Source of the DNA: Candidatus Doudnabacteria bacterium
Lineage (GTDB): Bacteria; Patescibacteriota; Doudnabacteria; UBA920
Direction: 5' to 3'
Length of the DNA stretch: 64,000 nucleotides
NCBI GenBank assembly: GCA_023245895.1
Contig: JAHFJJ010000001.1
Span: forward strand, 7,621 to 71,620
The notes under the pieces were generated by a model, which ran no database searches, was not told the DNA's origin, and worked only from the letters and a program-made list of their open reading frames with translations. The position numbers and the translations under genes are program-made. This document shows positions 17,251 to 25,602 of this stretch, one piece after another; position 1 is the stretch's first letter; each line of letters begins with the position of its first letter.

Positions 17251-18924
17251 ATGACCAATAGCGCGAGTCCGACAGGCAACGTTATTCTGCTTAACCGTTT
17301 CCAGTTCTGCCACGTTCGCAATAAGAACAACGGCGACATCCTGCTCCACGAGGGTGAGCCGAAACACGGCAAGCGCCTCCAGCTGGAAAGCCATGAAGAA
17401 GTGGTGGGAGTCTGGGAAAAAATCCGGGTGCCCGACCATAAGTACGCCGTAGTCCTCAACCCTTTCAGCGCCGCGACAGGTGACATTATTCCGGGCGACC
17501 GTGAAATCCGCCCCGGGCCGGCGGAATTCTCCCTGCATCCCGGGGAGGCCTTAGAAGGCATTGAAGATGAGATAGTTTTGGCCGACGACGAGGGGCTGCT
17601 GCTTAGGGCGGAAAAAGATTCTCCGCATCCCCTGGCCGGCGAGCAATCTTTTCCCGCCGAAGCCATGCTAAAAGCGGGCCAGGAAATCCTGATTAAAGGA
17701 GAGCGGCGGTACATTCCGCACAAACACATTCGGATAAAAGAAAAAAGGAAGTCCATACCGCTCTCGTCCAAAAACGGGAAGTATGTCCAAAACAGCGACA
17801 CGGGCAAAGTCCGGCTGGTCCGCGGCGAATGCGACTTGTTTTTGGAGCACAACGAATCGCTTTGGAACAAAACCTTGACCCGCGAGGAGGCACAAGCATT
17901 GGGCTACGAAGAACAAACCACGCCAAACCAAAGCCGCGTGCTGGTAGCTGAACCCCGCCAGCGCAAGGACCTATCCGACGCCATTGTGGTTGACCTTGAA
18001 GCCAACGAAGCCATTGCCATTTACAACGGCAATACCGAGCGGGTGGTATTCGGCCCCGATGCCGTTTTCCTGGAACCGCACGAGCGGCCAAAGGTACTGT
18101 TTATTTCCGGAGGCGTGCCGGTCAGGCCCAACGCGCTGAGGATTGCCATCCTCAAAATGGGTCCGGATTTTATTCACGACCAGCTTACAGTAAGAACCAA
18201 AGACAACGCGACGTTGGCCATAGACGTCAACTTCCGCTGGCGCTTCCAAATTGACCGCGAGCATCCGTACAGGCTGTTCGCCCTCAAAGACTTTGTGGGC
18301 TTTGTGGCCCAAACCTTGTCTTCGGAAATCCGCGAGGAAGCTGCCAAACACACCTTTGAGGACTTCCACTCCAAGGCCGCGGAACTGGTAAAGCAAACTT
18401 TGTTCAACGGCCAAAGCAGCCGCCTGTTCACGGAAAACGGCCTGGAAATTTTTGGCATTGACGTGGAAGGCATTGTGCCTGAAGACCCGGAAATCAAAAA
18501 GAAACTGGCCGATGCCATCAAGACCAACGTGGACATTTACACGCAACGCGTAAAGGAGGAGGCTGAACTGGAAAGCGCCCGCCGGCTAATTGACGGCCGG
18601 GAAAAAAACGAGAAAGCAAGGCAAAACTTAATTACCCTGGAAATTGCCAATAGCCGCACGCTGACTATTGAACAGGCAAAAATTAAGGGTGAAGCTGCGG
18701 TTGCCTTTGCCGAATCCGAAGCCCAAGCCGTGGAAATCCGGACCAAAGCCGAACGGGAAGCCGAGATACTGAGGCTAAAAGACCTTACCGGCATTTTGTC
18801 GGGAGACGGCGGCAAGGCCTACATTGAACTGGAACGGGCCAGGGCATTGCGCGAAACCGACAAGGTGGTAGTTCCAACCGATTCCAAGCTGGTTTTAGGG
18901 CTGGAAAAATACCTGAACGAATAA
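17251..18924 (+). CDS. Major vault protein (MVP) homolog, a shortened bacterial version: about three MVP repeats, the shoulder domain and part of the cap helix
   Basis: Collinear similarity to eukaryotic MVP, written as window sequence / human MVP. MVP repeats 7-9: HKYAVVLNPF / HNYCVILDPV; DEGLLLRAEK / QQGLLLRALQ; KNGKYVQNSDTGKVRLVRG / NEGIYVQDVKTGKVRAVIG. Shoulder domain: VVFGPDAVFLEPHERPKVLFISGGVPVRPNALRIAILKMGPDF / [43 protein letters not shown], and DFVGFVAQTLSSEIREEAAKHTFEDFHSKAAELVKQTLF / [39 protein letters not shown]. A coiled-coil cap-helix region follows. The human sequence is quoted from memory. Confidence 0.75.
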   Translation: MTNSASPTGNVILLNRFQFCHVRNKNNGDILLHEGEPKHGKRLQLESHEEVVGVWEKIRVPDHKYAVVLNPFSAATGDIIPGDREIRPGPAEFSLHPGEALEGIEDEIVLADDEGLLLRAEKDSPHPLAGEQSFPAEAMLKAGQEILIKGERRYIPHKHIRIKEKRKSIPLSSKNGKYVQNSDTGKVRLVRGECDLFLEHNESLWNKTLTREEAQALGYEEQTTPNQSRVLVAEPRQRKDLSDAIVVDLEANEAIAIYNGNTERVVFGPDAVFLEPHERPKVLFISGGVPVRPNALRIAILKMGPDFIHDQLTVRTKDNATLAIDVNFRWRFQIDREHPYRLFALKDFVGFVAQTLSSEIREEAAKHTFEDFHSKAAELVKQTLFNGQSSRLFTENGLEIFGIDVEGIVPEDPEIKKKLADAIKTNVDIYTQRVKEEAELESARRLIDGREKNEKARQNLITLEIANSRTLTIEQAKIKGEAAVAFAESEAQAVEIRTKAEREAEILRLKDLTGILSGDGGKAYIELERARALRETDKVVVPTDSKLVLGLEKYLNE

Positions 18925-18948
18925 AGCCCCGGTTCGCTACAATATGTT

Positions 18949-18990
18949 AAGTCAAGCGTGCGTTCAAACTTGGACGCACGCTTATTTTTA
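18949..18990 (+). terminator. Rho-independent terminator after the MVP gene
   Basis: aagcgtgcgttcaaacttggacgcacgctt followed by atttttat. Confidence 0.65.
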
Positions 18991-19224
18991 TATTTTCATT
19001 ATCTTATGGTCAGGATGTACGCAAACATAACAGTCGGCAAAAGAAAAGGCGAACAAATTAAGGTCTGCTTACTTCCGCTACTGCGCTAAAACACGCGCGT
19101 CCAAAATTTTAAGGACGCGCGGTTTTTTTATAAGTTGATTCTTAAATGAATCAACTCCGAACCTTAATTGGTGTTGGCGGTTTAAATTTAATTTTAAAAT
19201 AAATTTATTGCTTCTATTTTGGTA

Positions 19225-19572
19225 TTATGGTTTAAAAATTTTCCATTTCCCGTCTTTAAATACCGCTGCCGATGTTCCGCCTACGGGTACGCCATTTTCA
19301 TAATAAGTTACATGGATTTCGGTTGTAGAACTTTCGCGTTCCGGGTAGCGGCCTTTTCTTAAATAATCATAGCCTATTGTTTCTCCCGCCCCCTCACCCG
19401 GTACTTCAACATCCAATAAATAAAGGCCTTTTTCGTCTTCACGTTTTTTGGTTTCTTTATACTCTCTCCCTTGTCCTATTAACTCCCTAAACACCGAATG
19501 CACTTCTTCCGCGCTGGGAATATGCTCCGGATTCATTTCATGTACATTTCTTTCTTCTTCTGTCATAAACAC
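19225..19572 (-). CDS. Hypothetical protein, 115 aa
   Basis: ORF with no recognisable motif, inside the higher-GC island. Confidence 0.4.
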   Translation of the reverse strand: MFMTEEERNVHEMNPEHIPSAEEVHSVFRELIGQGREYKETKKREDEKGLYLLDVEVPGEGAGETIGYDYLRKGRYPERESSTTEIHVTYYENGVPVGGTSAAVFKDGKWKIFKP

Positions 19573-19648
19573 ATAATAGCATATAAAACTTTAATATATA
19601 AAAAGGGTAGCGAAACAGAATGTCTCGCTACCTGTAGAACCGAGCAAG

Positions 19649-20737
19649 CTACTCGGCGCTTAATGCTGTTCTGGAACGCAAAAAAAGTGTTGCGCTCCAG
19701 AGTTGTTCAAGCGCGCCGTACCCTTTGCCGGTGGCCGGGTCGTACCACTCGCGGAAGCCTTTAAGGCCGCTAAGTTTCCTAAACTGGTCTTCGGCCATAC
19801 CGCGCTCGCCTATCTTAAGGAGCGCTAGGATTGAGAAGCCAACAACAAAAGGCCAGACCACAACGCCATCGGTAATTTCCACAACCGCCTTCTCTTCTTG
19901 CGAGGTTGGGTTATGCCGGCACTGTATGGTAACGCCGTACGCTGTGTCAACCGAACGGAAACTTTCCGCTAAGCTGCCATAGCGTTCTTTTGGCGCCACA
20001 TCGTAAAGAATTGCGAAAGCGCCGCCGAGAGGGTCAAACCGTGAACTGCCCGGGTAGTCCAAATAACCGTTGCCCGTCCAAAACCTTTCGTTTATCCGTT
20101 TCTTAAGCTGTTCCGCTTTTGCCCGCTCTCCCATTAGCCGGTAAGCGTGGTACATAAGACAGTTGTTGGTTAAAAGCGGCTTGTTGCCCAACTCCAAATG
20201 CATGGTGTCGCGCCAATCACAGCCCAAAACCAAACCGTCTTTTATGAGGTTTTTCTCAATGTAGGCAAGGGCCCGTGTAATGCGCGAAGCATACTTTGCC
20301 AGCAAAGTCCCATCTCCGGTCCGGTTCGCGTACTCGTGCATTCCAATAATGTAAAGGATTTCCGAGTCCCTGGTTCCGGGCGTAAGGTTCCAAAGCTGGC
20401 CTTTTAGGAATCGGCCTAGCATAAACGCCAGCTTCTTGTCCCGCCAGCTCTTTTTGAGCTTTTCAAAAAGAAACGGTCTTGTTTGGTCAAGAAAGAGAAT
20501 TGGGATTTGACCCTTTGAGCGCTGTCGCTTAGAAAGGTTATTGAGATGAGTTTTGACTATTTCCTTCTGGCCCGATTCAATCAGCGCCGGCATAATCGCA
20601 ATAACAAAGTCACGCGTCCAGCATTGGAAACGATACCGCGTGGGATCGGCCCAAACGCCTTTAGTGCCAATGCACCTCTGTAGGATTGCGGTTGCTGTCC
20701 TAACTTTTCCGTATACGGAATCCACCAATTTCATCAT
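19649..20737 (-). CDS. Six-hairpin (alpha/alpha-toroid) glycoside hydrolase-like protein, GDE_C/GH63/GH100-like
   Basis: 362 aa. Trp/Tyr-rich segments (CWTRDF, GCDWRDTMH, FWTGNGYLDYPG) resemble the glycogen-debranching C-terminal and neutral-invertase type toroid glycosidases. Weakly supported. Confidence 0.4.
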   Translation of the reverse strand: MMKLVDSVYGKVRTATAILQRCIGTKGVWADPTRYRFQCWTRDFVIAIMPALIESGQKEIVKTHLNNLSKRQRSKGQIPILFLDQTRPFLFEKLKKSWRDKKLAFMLGRFLKGQLWNLTPGTRDSEILYIIGMHEYANRTGDGTLLAKYASRITRALAYIEKNLIKDGLVLGCDWRDTMHLELGNKPLLTNNCLMYHAYRLMGERAKAEQLKKRINERFWTGNGYLDYPGSSRFDPLGGAFAILYDVAPKERYGSLAESFRSVDTAYGVTIQCRHNPTSQEEKAVVEITDGVVVWPFVVGFSILALLKIGERGMAEDQFRKLSGLKGFREWYDPATGKGYGALEQLWSATLFLRSRTALSAE

Positions 20738-20926
20738 AAAGCCTCGCTTTCTGTTGGTACTTTCAGGCGTTCATTCGTATGTCCTTAGCGTCTTGCCGAA
20801 TGCTTTTTTTCATACGGTCCTCCTATAAACTATAACAACTAAAAATATCACAAAAGGCCTGTTTTGTAAAGGATTTGGGCTTTCCCCGCATAGGGGGTAT
20901 CGGTGCACAAGAACGAGCCACAAAGA

Positions 20927-20978
20927 GTAGTTGCCTGATTTATCAGGCCCTTGGAGGCTCGATAAATCGAGCAACTAC
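20927..20978. repeat. REP doublet (variant) in the intergenic region of the GC-rich island
   Basis: gtagttgcctgatttatcaggc-ccttggag-gctcgataaatcgagcaactac. Same gtag...ctac termini and ttatc/gataa loop logic as the REPs at 3720 and 8133. Confidence 0.7.
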
Positions 20979-21002
20979 AGGAAAAATATTAATAAAATTA
21001 AA

Positions 21003-21047
21003 AAAAGAAACGTACGTTACCATCGGTTAAGATGGACGTACGTTTAA
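21003..21047 (-). terminator. Terminator for the gene at 21084-21638
   Basis: On the minus strand: aaacgtacgtccatcttaaccgatggtaacgtacgttt followed by cttttttt. Confidence 0.6.
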
Positions 21048-21083
21048 TGGTGTTTGTGGTTGAGCCGCCAATCAGGTCTGTTG

Positions 21084-21638
21084 TTAACCACCTATTGGAC
21101 TTACCGCTAGCGAGCTGGTGGTCATCAAAGTATTGATTGCGTCCACGTCCGCCATTGGAATGCCGTTGGCCAAGATTGTCGTGCCACCAGTGCTATAGGT
21201 GACAGTTTTCAAAGGACCAACCCCTGTTTCCTCCGCCCTCTCCGAAGCCAACTGCCTAATTCTGGTCAAGTTTTCAGCTATGACCCTGCGGCCTTCGGGC
21301 GTTAATAGTTGCTCAGCCGTGGCTGGAGACCCAAGCACGTCAAGGCCGCGGAATGAAATACTGCGGGAGCCAAAAAACTCTTCGCAGAATTGCTTCAGTT
21401 TCAGCTCCTCGCTTTCGCCAACCTTAACCTGAATGTGGTAGCCGGCGGGATGTTCGTAGTAGCTGTCAACTGGCCGAAAGCGGTGAACTCCTTCCATTGA
21501 GTCGCCAAGAGCAAAAGCCTTGCCAAACGCTTCCATGAACTTCCACTCAAACCCCAACGGAACTACAATGTCCCAGCGGACATCACGCTTGTAGACAATC
21601 GCCCGCCTCGTCTCGCTATTACCAGACGGTGAACTCAT
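21084..21638 (-). CDS. Hypothetical protein, 184 aa
   Basis: ORF with GC-rich codon usage. No motif recognised. Confidence 0.4.
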   Translation of the reverse strand: MSSPSGNSETRRAIVYKRDVRWDIVVPLGFEWKFMEAFGKAFALGDSMEGVHRFRPVDSYYEHPAGYHIQVKVGESEELKLKQFCEEFFGSRSISFRGLDVLGSPATAEQLLTPEGRRVIAENLTRIRQLASERAEETGVGPLKTVTYSTGGTTILANGIPMADVDAINTLMTTSSLAVSPIGG

Positions 21639-21802
21639 GCTAATACCTCCTTCGTGACTCTTAACTTATTACTCCCAAGCGTTGCCAAGAGATTCTGCAT
21701 AATATCAAGAAAACCCGGACTTGTCCAGGTTAAAATTTATTATTAAAAAAAGAAGCGTGTGCTGTTGCTGGCTAAGGCCAACAACACACGCTTCCAAAGT
21801 TC

Positions 21803-22678
21803 TCAGTCCCGTTCCAGGACTTCCACCGTGTCGCCGACACGAATGTAGCCGGGTCCCCGGTGATTAAAGTTGCGTCCAAAGAACAGAGCGCTTTGCTTAG
21901 CCGGATCCATAATGCCAATGTGGCGGCCTCGCCTGTACTGCCCCCAAGTCGCGCTCGGCTCCTTTAGCCGCACTGCGGTTTCCTGGTTAGTGCAGGGTAA
22001 GGGGCAGCGTTCACAGAGCGTCATTCCATCCAGCACTATGCCGCTGTCGCCGCCTATCTTTACAACTTTCATATGGTCTTCGGCATGCGGCTCGCCGCCG
22101 CTGAACACAAAATTCGGGCGGAAACGGTTAACAGGCAGGCTTCCCTGGCCTTTGTTGGCCAAGCGCTCATTGAGTCCGTCAATAGAAGCCTGCTCTAATC
22201 CCATTAACGGATAAGCGTCGCCAAACCCTACCTGCGCTGTGCCCTGCTTAGCCTTCCGAAAAAAATCGTCAGCAATGCGCACAAGGCGATATTTGCCCGG
22301 TCGTTCCTGGCTCAGAAAGCTGCTAAACCAATCGGCAAGATGGTTGCCCATATCGTAGGCGCGGATGCCAGTAGTATTCCAAACCTGGACCACGACCTCT
22401 TGCTGTTGCATAGATGGATGGGCATAAACCGTCCGGCGGCCGGGGGCGGTAATAAAAATAGTGTCCGTGTCCTCTATCCACGTCCTAACCTTGCACAGGC
22501 TTTTGACTTCAATGCCAAGGCCTTTGGCTTTGCGCTGGGCCGCGAACATGCCGATGTTGGCATCTATAATCATATACTCGCGGTCGTGTTCAATGCCTCG
22601 CGGGCCGACCCGTGCCTCTGAAAGCCGAATGCCGCCGCACGATTTTATTGGGTAGCAATACAATTCGCTAATATGCAT
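21803..22678 (-). CDS. MOSC domain protein (MOSC_N beta-barrel plus MOSC), YcbX/mARC-like
   Basis: N-terminal LYCYPIKSCGG is the hallmark of the MOSC N-terminal beta-barrel. A C-terminal conserved Cys region (CERCPLPC). 291 aa. Confidence 0.75.
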   Translation of the reverse strand: MHISELYCYPIKSCGGIRLSEARVGPRGIEHDREYMIIDANIGMFAAQRKAKGLGIEVKSLCKVRTWIEDTDTIFITAPGRRTVYAHPSMQQQEVVVQVWNTTGIRAYDMGNHLADWFSSFLSQERPGKYRLVRIADDFFRKAKQGTAQVGFGDAYPLMGLEQASIDGLNERLANKGQGSLPVNRFRPNFVFSGGEPHAEDHMKVVKIGGDSGIVLDGMTLCERCPLPCTNQETAVRLKEPSATWGQYRRGRHIGIMDPAKQSALFFGRNFNHRGPGYIRVGDTVEVLERD

Positions 22679-22828
22679 CCTCCTGCTCCTTTCTTCTCTG
22701 ATGTGTATTTCAAAGACCCTGTATCATATCAAAAAATCCTGGCACTTGTCCAGGATAAAATTGAAAGTATTGTGTAAAAAAATAATACCCCGCGTTACTC
22801 GTCCGTTAGGACTTTCGCGCGGGCTCGG

Positions 22829-23446
22829 TTATGGACACCAGTGCTCACTGCACTCGCTATACGATACGCCGGAATGGTGCTTTACAAGGTCATCAATAAA
22901 TTCCCGAATGGTCGGGGGTATTTTGGGAAGTTTTTCGTCCGGAACTTGGTACTTAACCTCGCCGGAACTCATATCCAGGTCAACATCGCAAGCAACCCAA
23001 AACTTGCCCCACAGGCGGCGCAGGGACTGGGTATTAAGCGGGAGCAACTCAAGCTTAATCCCTTCCTGTATCTTCTTTGCGTCGTCCTCGGCAATCTCAA
23101 GCACTTCCGAAAGGGCCCTGTAAAATTTTGTCCTCGCATAATCCCGAGTCCAAGCAACATCTGTAACTTCACAACCGCACGGCAGGCACTGCCCGCGCTT
23201 GAGTTGTTGCATTTGCTCCATCCGCTCGCCGTAATTGCTGGGTTTCTCAAATTGGACGGTCATACGCGCCCGGAGTTTCGGAAGGTGGCTAGTCCACCCA
23301 AACATTCTTTCATGACACTGTTCACACACTTCAACGTGGCCGTCAATCTGCTCCGTGCGTTCACGAATAAATGTGTAAAAATCATAGTGGCGTTGCTGTA
23401 TGAGGGCATGAATATCTTCTGCATTAGCTTCACCGGTTTCCGTCAT
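22829..23446 (-). CDS. Hypothetical Cys/His-rich protein, 205 aa
   Basis: Several CxxC/CxC motifs (CEQCHE, CLPCGCE, ECSEHWCP) suggest metal binding. Confidence 0.4.
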   Translation of the reverse strand: MTETGEANAEDIHALIQQRHYDFYTFIRERTEQIDGHVEVCEQCHERMFGWTSHLPKLRARMTVQFEKPSNYGERMEQMQQLKRGQCLPCGCEVTDVAWTRDYARTKFYRALSEVLEIAEDDAKKIQEGIKLELLPLNTQSLRRLWGKFWVACDVDLDMSSGEVKYQVPDEKLPKIPPTIREFIDDLVKHHSGVSYSECSEHWCP

Positions 23447-23574
23447 AATTCCTCCTCAGGATATAAATTTTAACATTATAACATTATTAAAACAAACCTA
23501 TGTAAATTTGACTTAACATTGACTTAAGCCCCTAAACCGGCTATACTTTTTAATCAAACAAAGGGAGGACTTAT

Positions 23575-23895
23575 ATGTCGGAAAGGAAAGTGCCTGAATT
23601 AAAGGTGGGCTCGAGATTTAAGTTTTCTCGGGGGAAAACAATTTATACTGTAACGGAAATTTTTGTTCAAAGAGAAGATTTTGTCGAAATCGAAGTGGAA
23701 GACAATCAAGAACCCGATAAATGTATACAATGGATGTTCGACCTGACAGACCATACTGGGATTAATATATACAAAATATTTGTATATTCAATAGATAAAC
23801 TTGGGTTAAGCCTAGATCAGGTCAAAGATTGGGAACAGACGCACGCAGTTGGAACGGCATCCTTCAATTTTGATGGAGAAGAATTTTTACTATAG
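23575..23895 (+). CDS. Hypothetical protein, 106 aa
   Basis: Strong Shine-Dalgarno AAAGGGAGG 7 nt upstream of the ATG. Confidence 0.5.
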   Translation: MSERKVPELKVGSRFKFSRGKTIYTVTEIFVQREDFVEIEVEDNQEPDKCIQWMFDLTDHTGINIYKIFVYSIDKLGLSLDQVKDWEQTHAVGTASFNFDGEEFLL

Positions 23896-24241
23896 GGCAT
23901 CGACGAATTTGAGGATTACAAAAAATTATCTTTTTCTTCCTCAAAAATAAGCAAGGGATGTATTAACATCCAATGGTCCACTAAAGAAGATGCTGAATTC
24001 GTAGAACACATCGTATATCCTTTTAAAGTAGACATGAGACTCGAAACCTTCCAAAACCTATTCCAGCTTTTATCGGAGTAAGCATGCCTTTCACCAGACA
24101 CCTTTGGTCCGACTAGGCAAAATTAATAAACTCAGATCCTACGACGCAAGCGAGCGGTGGGTCCTGGGTTTTTTCTTTATTTTAACTCCCATTTGCCCAA
24201 CAAAAAATACTAGCTTTTCGCCAGCGTTTTTTAGTTTTGAT

Positions 24242-24637
24242 TTACGCTTGCTTTCTCGCAATATTTACCATCCACCTTATACCAAATTTGTCGCCCCAGG
24301 GAGCCGGTACCAAAGGCTGTTCTACTTTTCCGCCGGCAGACAGTTTATCCCAGTAACCTTGAAGTTCGACTTCTTCATCCCCGCTTAAAGAAATGGAAAT
24401 GTTGGTACCGGGCTTATATTCCCATTCTTTGGGAGTATCAGATGCCATAAGCGTTATTCCGTTATCCGCGACCAGCATGGCGTGCATAATTTTATTTTCT
24501 TCGCTTGGATCGTGCGGCATACCGCCTTCTTTAAAAGTACTCATGGTAAGCTTGCCGCCTAAAGCAGAACTATAAAACTCCATTACTTCCTTGGCTTTGC
24601 CGTCAAAATTTAAGTACGGGTTCAGTTTGTTGTTCAT
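24242..24637 (-). CDS. VOC-family protein of the PhnB type
   Basis: N-terminal PYLNFDGKAKEVMEFYSSALGG is the characteristic PhnB/3-demethylubiquinone-9 methyltransferase-like signature. Confidence 0.7.
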   Translation of the reverse strand: MNNKLNPYLNFDGKAKEVMEFYSSALGGKLTMSTFKEGGMPHDPSEENKIMHAMLVADNGITLMASDTPKEWEYKPGTNISISLSGDEEVELQGYWDKLSAGGKVEQPLVPAPWGDKFGIRWMVNIARKQA

Positions 24638-24702
24638 ATATTTTTATAATTAATTATTTTCTCTCATGATTATAACATATATTTAATAACAATAATAATA
24701 TA

Positions 24703-24731
24703 TTGACAAACGATAAATAGTAGTATACGAT
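24703..24731 (+). promoter_or_regulatory. Sigma-70-like promoter: TTGACA, 17 nt, TACGAT
   Basis: 32 nt upstream of the DUF2975 gene start at 24763. Confidence 0.4.
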
Positions 24732-24762
24732 ATTAATATCAAGAATTAAGCAATCAATCTTT

Positions 24763-25242
24763 ATGAAAAAAACCTCAACAATATTTCTTCAGGTAGTCAT
24801 TGTGGCTCTTGGCATTGTTGCGCTTGCCCTTTTGCTTTGGGAACCTCAAATCGAGGGCAGGAACGCGCATGCTACGCTCTTTGAGATTTACTTTAAAGAT
24901 CCATTTCTGGCTCTTGTCTACATAGGGTCTATTCCTTTTTTCATAGCACTCTACCAAGCATTCAAGTTGCTGGGGTACGTAAGGCAAAATAAGACATTCT
25001 CCCAGGCAACTGTAAAAGCTCTGCGTACTATAAAATATTGCGCGCTGGCTATAATTGGTTTTGTTGTGGTAGAAGAAATTTTTATTATGCTCAACCATGG
25101 TAGTGATGATCCTGCAGGCGGGGTTTTTATGGGTGTTCTCATTACCTTCGGTTCAATCGTCATTGCCACCGCGGCGGCGATGTTTCAACGGATTTTGCAA
25201 AATGCCGTGGAAATAAAATCGGAAAACGATTTAACAGTTTAG
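24763..25242 (+). CDS. DUF2975-family membrane protein, the partner of a YozG-like HTH regulator
   Basis: 159 aa with 4 TM helices. The typical pairing has a small XRE HTH gene immediately downstream. Confidence 0.6.
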   Translation: MKKTSTIFLQVVIVALGIVALALLLWEPQIEGRNAHATLFEIYFKDPFLALVYIGSIPFFIALYQAFKLLGYVRQNKTFSQATVKALRTIKYCALAIIGFVVVEEIFIMLNHGSDDPAGGVFMGVLITFGSIVIATAAAMFQRILQNAVEIKSENDLTV

Positions 25243-25248
25243 TAACAT

Positions 25249-25324
25249 GTCATTGCGAGGAGTGCAGCCGACGAAGCAATCTTATCTAAGGAAAAGATCG
25301 CTTCGGATGCACTCGCGATGACAT
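25249..25324. repeat. Palindromic element family B, the intergenic copy
   Basis: gtcattgcgaggagtgcagccgacgaagcaatcttatc...gatcgcttcggatgcactcgcgatgacat. Roughly 90 % identical to the copy inside cyoB. Confidence 0.75.
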
Positions 25325-25347
25325 GGAAGAGAATAATCAAAAATATT

Positions 25348-25551
25348 ATGGCAATAATAATAAATATAGATGTCATGCTGGCCAAAAGGAAAATGAGCGT
25401 CACCGAACTTACGGAAAAGGTCGGCATAACCATGGCCAACATTTCGATTTTAAAAAATGGCAAAGCAAAAGCCATCCGCTTTTCCACCCTGGAAGCAATT
25501 TGCAAAGCTTTAAATTGCCAACCTGGGGATATTTTAGAATTCAAAAGATAA
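25348..25551 (+). CDS. XRE-family HTH transcriptional regulator, YozG-like
   Basis: MAIIINIDVMLAKRKMSVTELTEKVGITMANISILKNGKAKAIRFSTLEAICKALNCQPGDILEF is a near-consensus YozG. I moved the start to ATG 25348, because the track start at 25318 lies inside the repeat. Confidence 0.8.
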   Translation: MAIIINIDVMLAKRKMSVTELTEKVGITMANISILKNGKAKAIRFSTLEAICKALNCQPGDILEFKR

Positions 25552-25602
25552 TTAAAAAACAGTGGGTTATCTACCCACTGTTTTTTAATCTCTGATGATT
25601 AT

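Noticed and set aside
17214-18815. Multiple minus-strand ORFs overlapping the MVP gene (17214-17870, 17971-18546, 18537-18815 and others)
   Set aside because: The higher GC content generates long antisense ORFs. The plus-strand frame shows segment-by-segment MVP similarity, and these do not.
19060-19130. Possible tiny ORF of 27 aa plus a terminator after the MVP gene
   Set aside because: No RBS and no conservation evidence. The hairpin plus T-run could equally be a second terminator or an sRNA 3' end.
24104-24388. 94 aa ORF on the plus strand
   Set aside because: It overlaps the well-supported PhnB-type VOC gene on the minus strand (24242-24637) and has no motif.
25318-25347. Track start of the HTH regulator at 25318
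   Set aside because: That start lies within the family-B palindromic element. The YozG-like consensus begins at MAIIINIDVM (25348).
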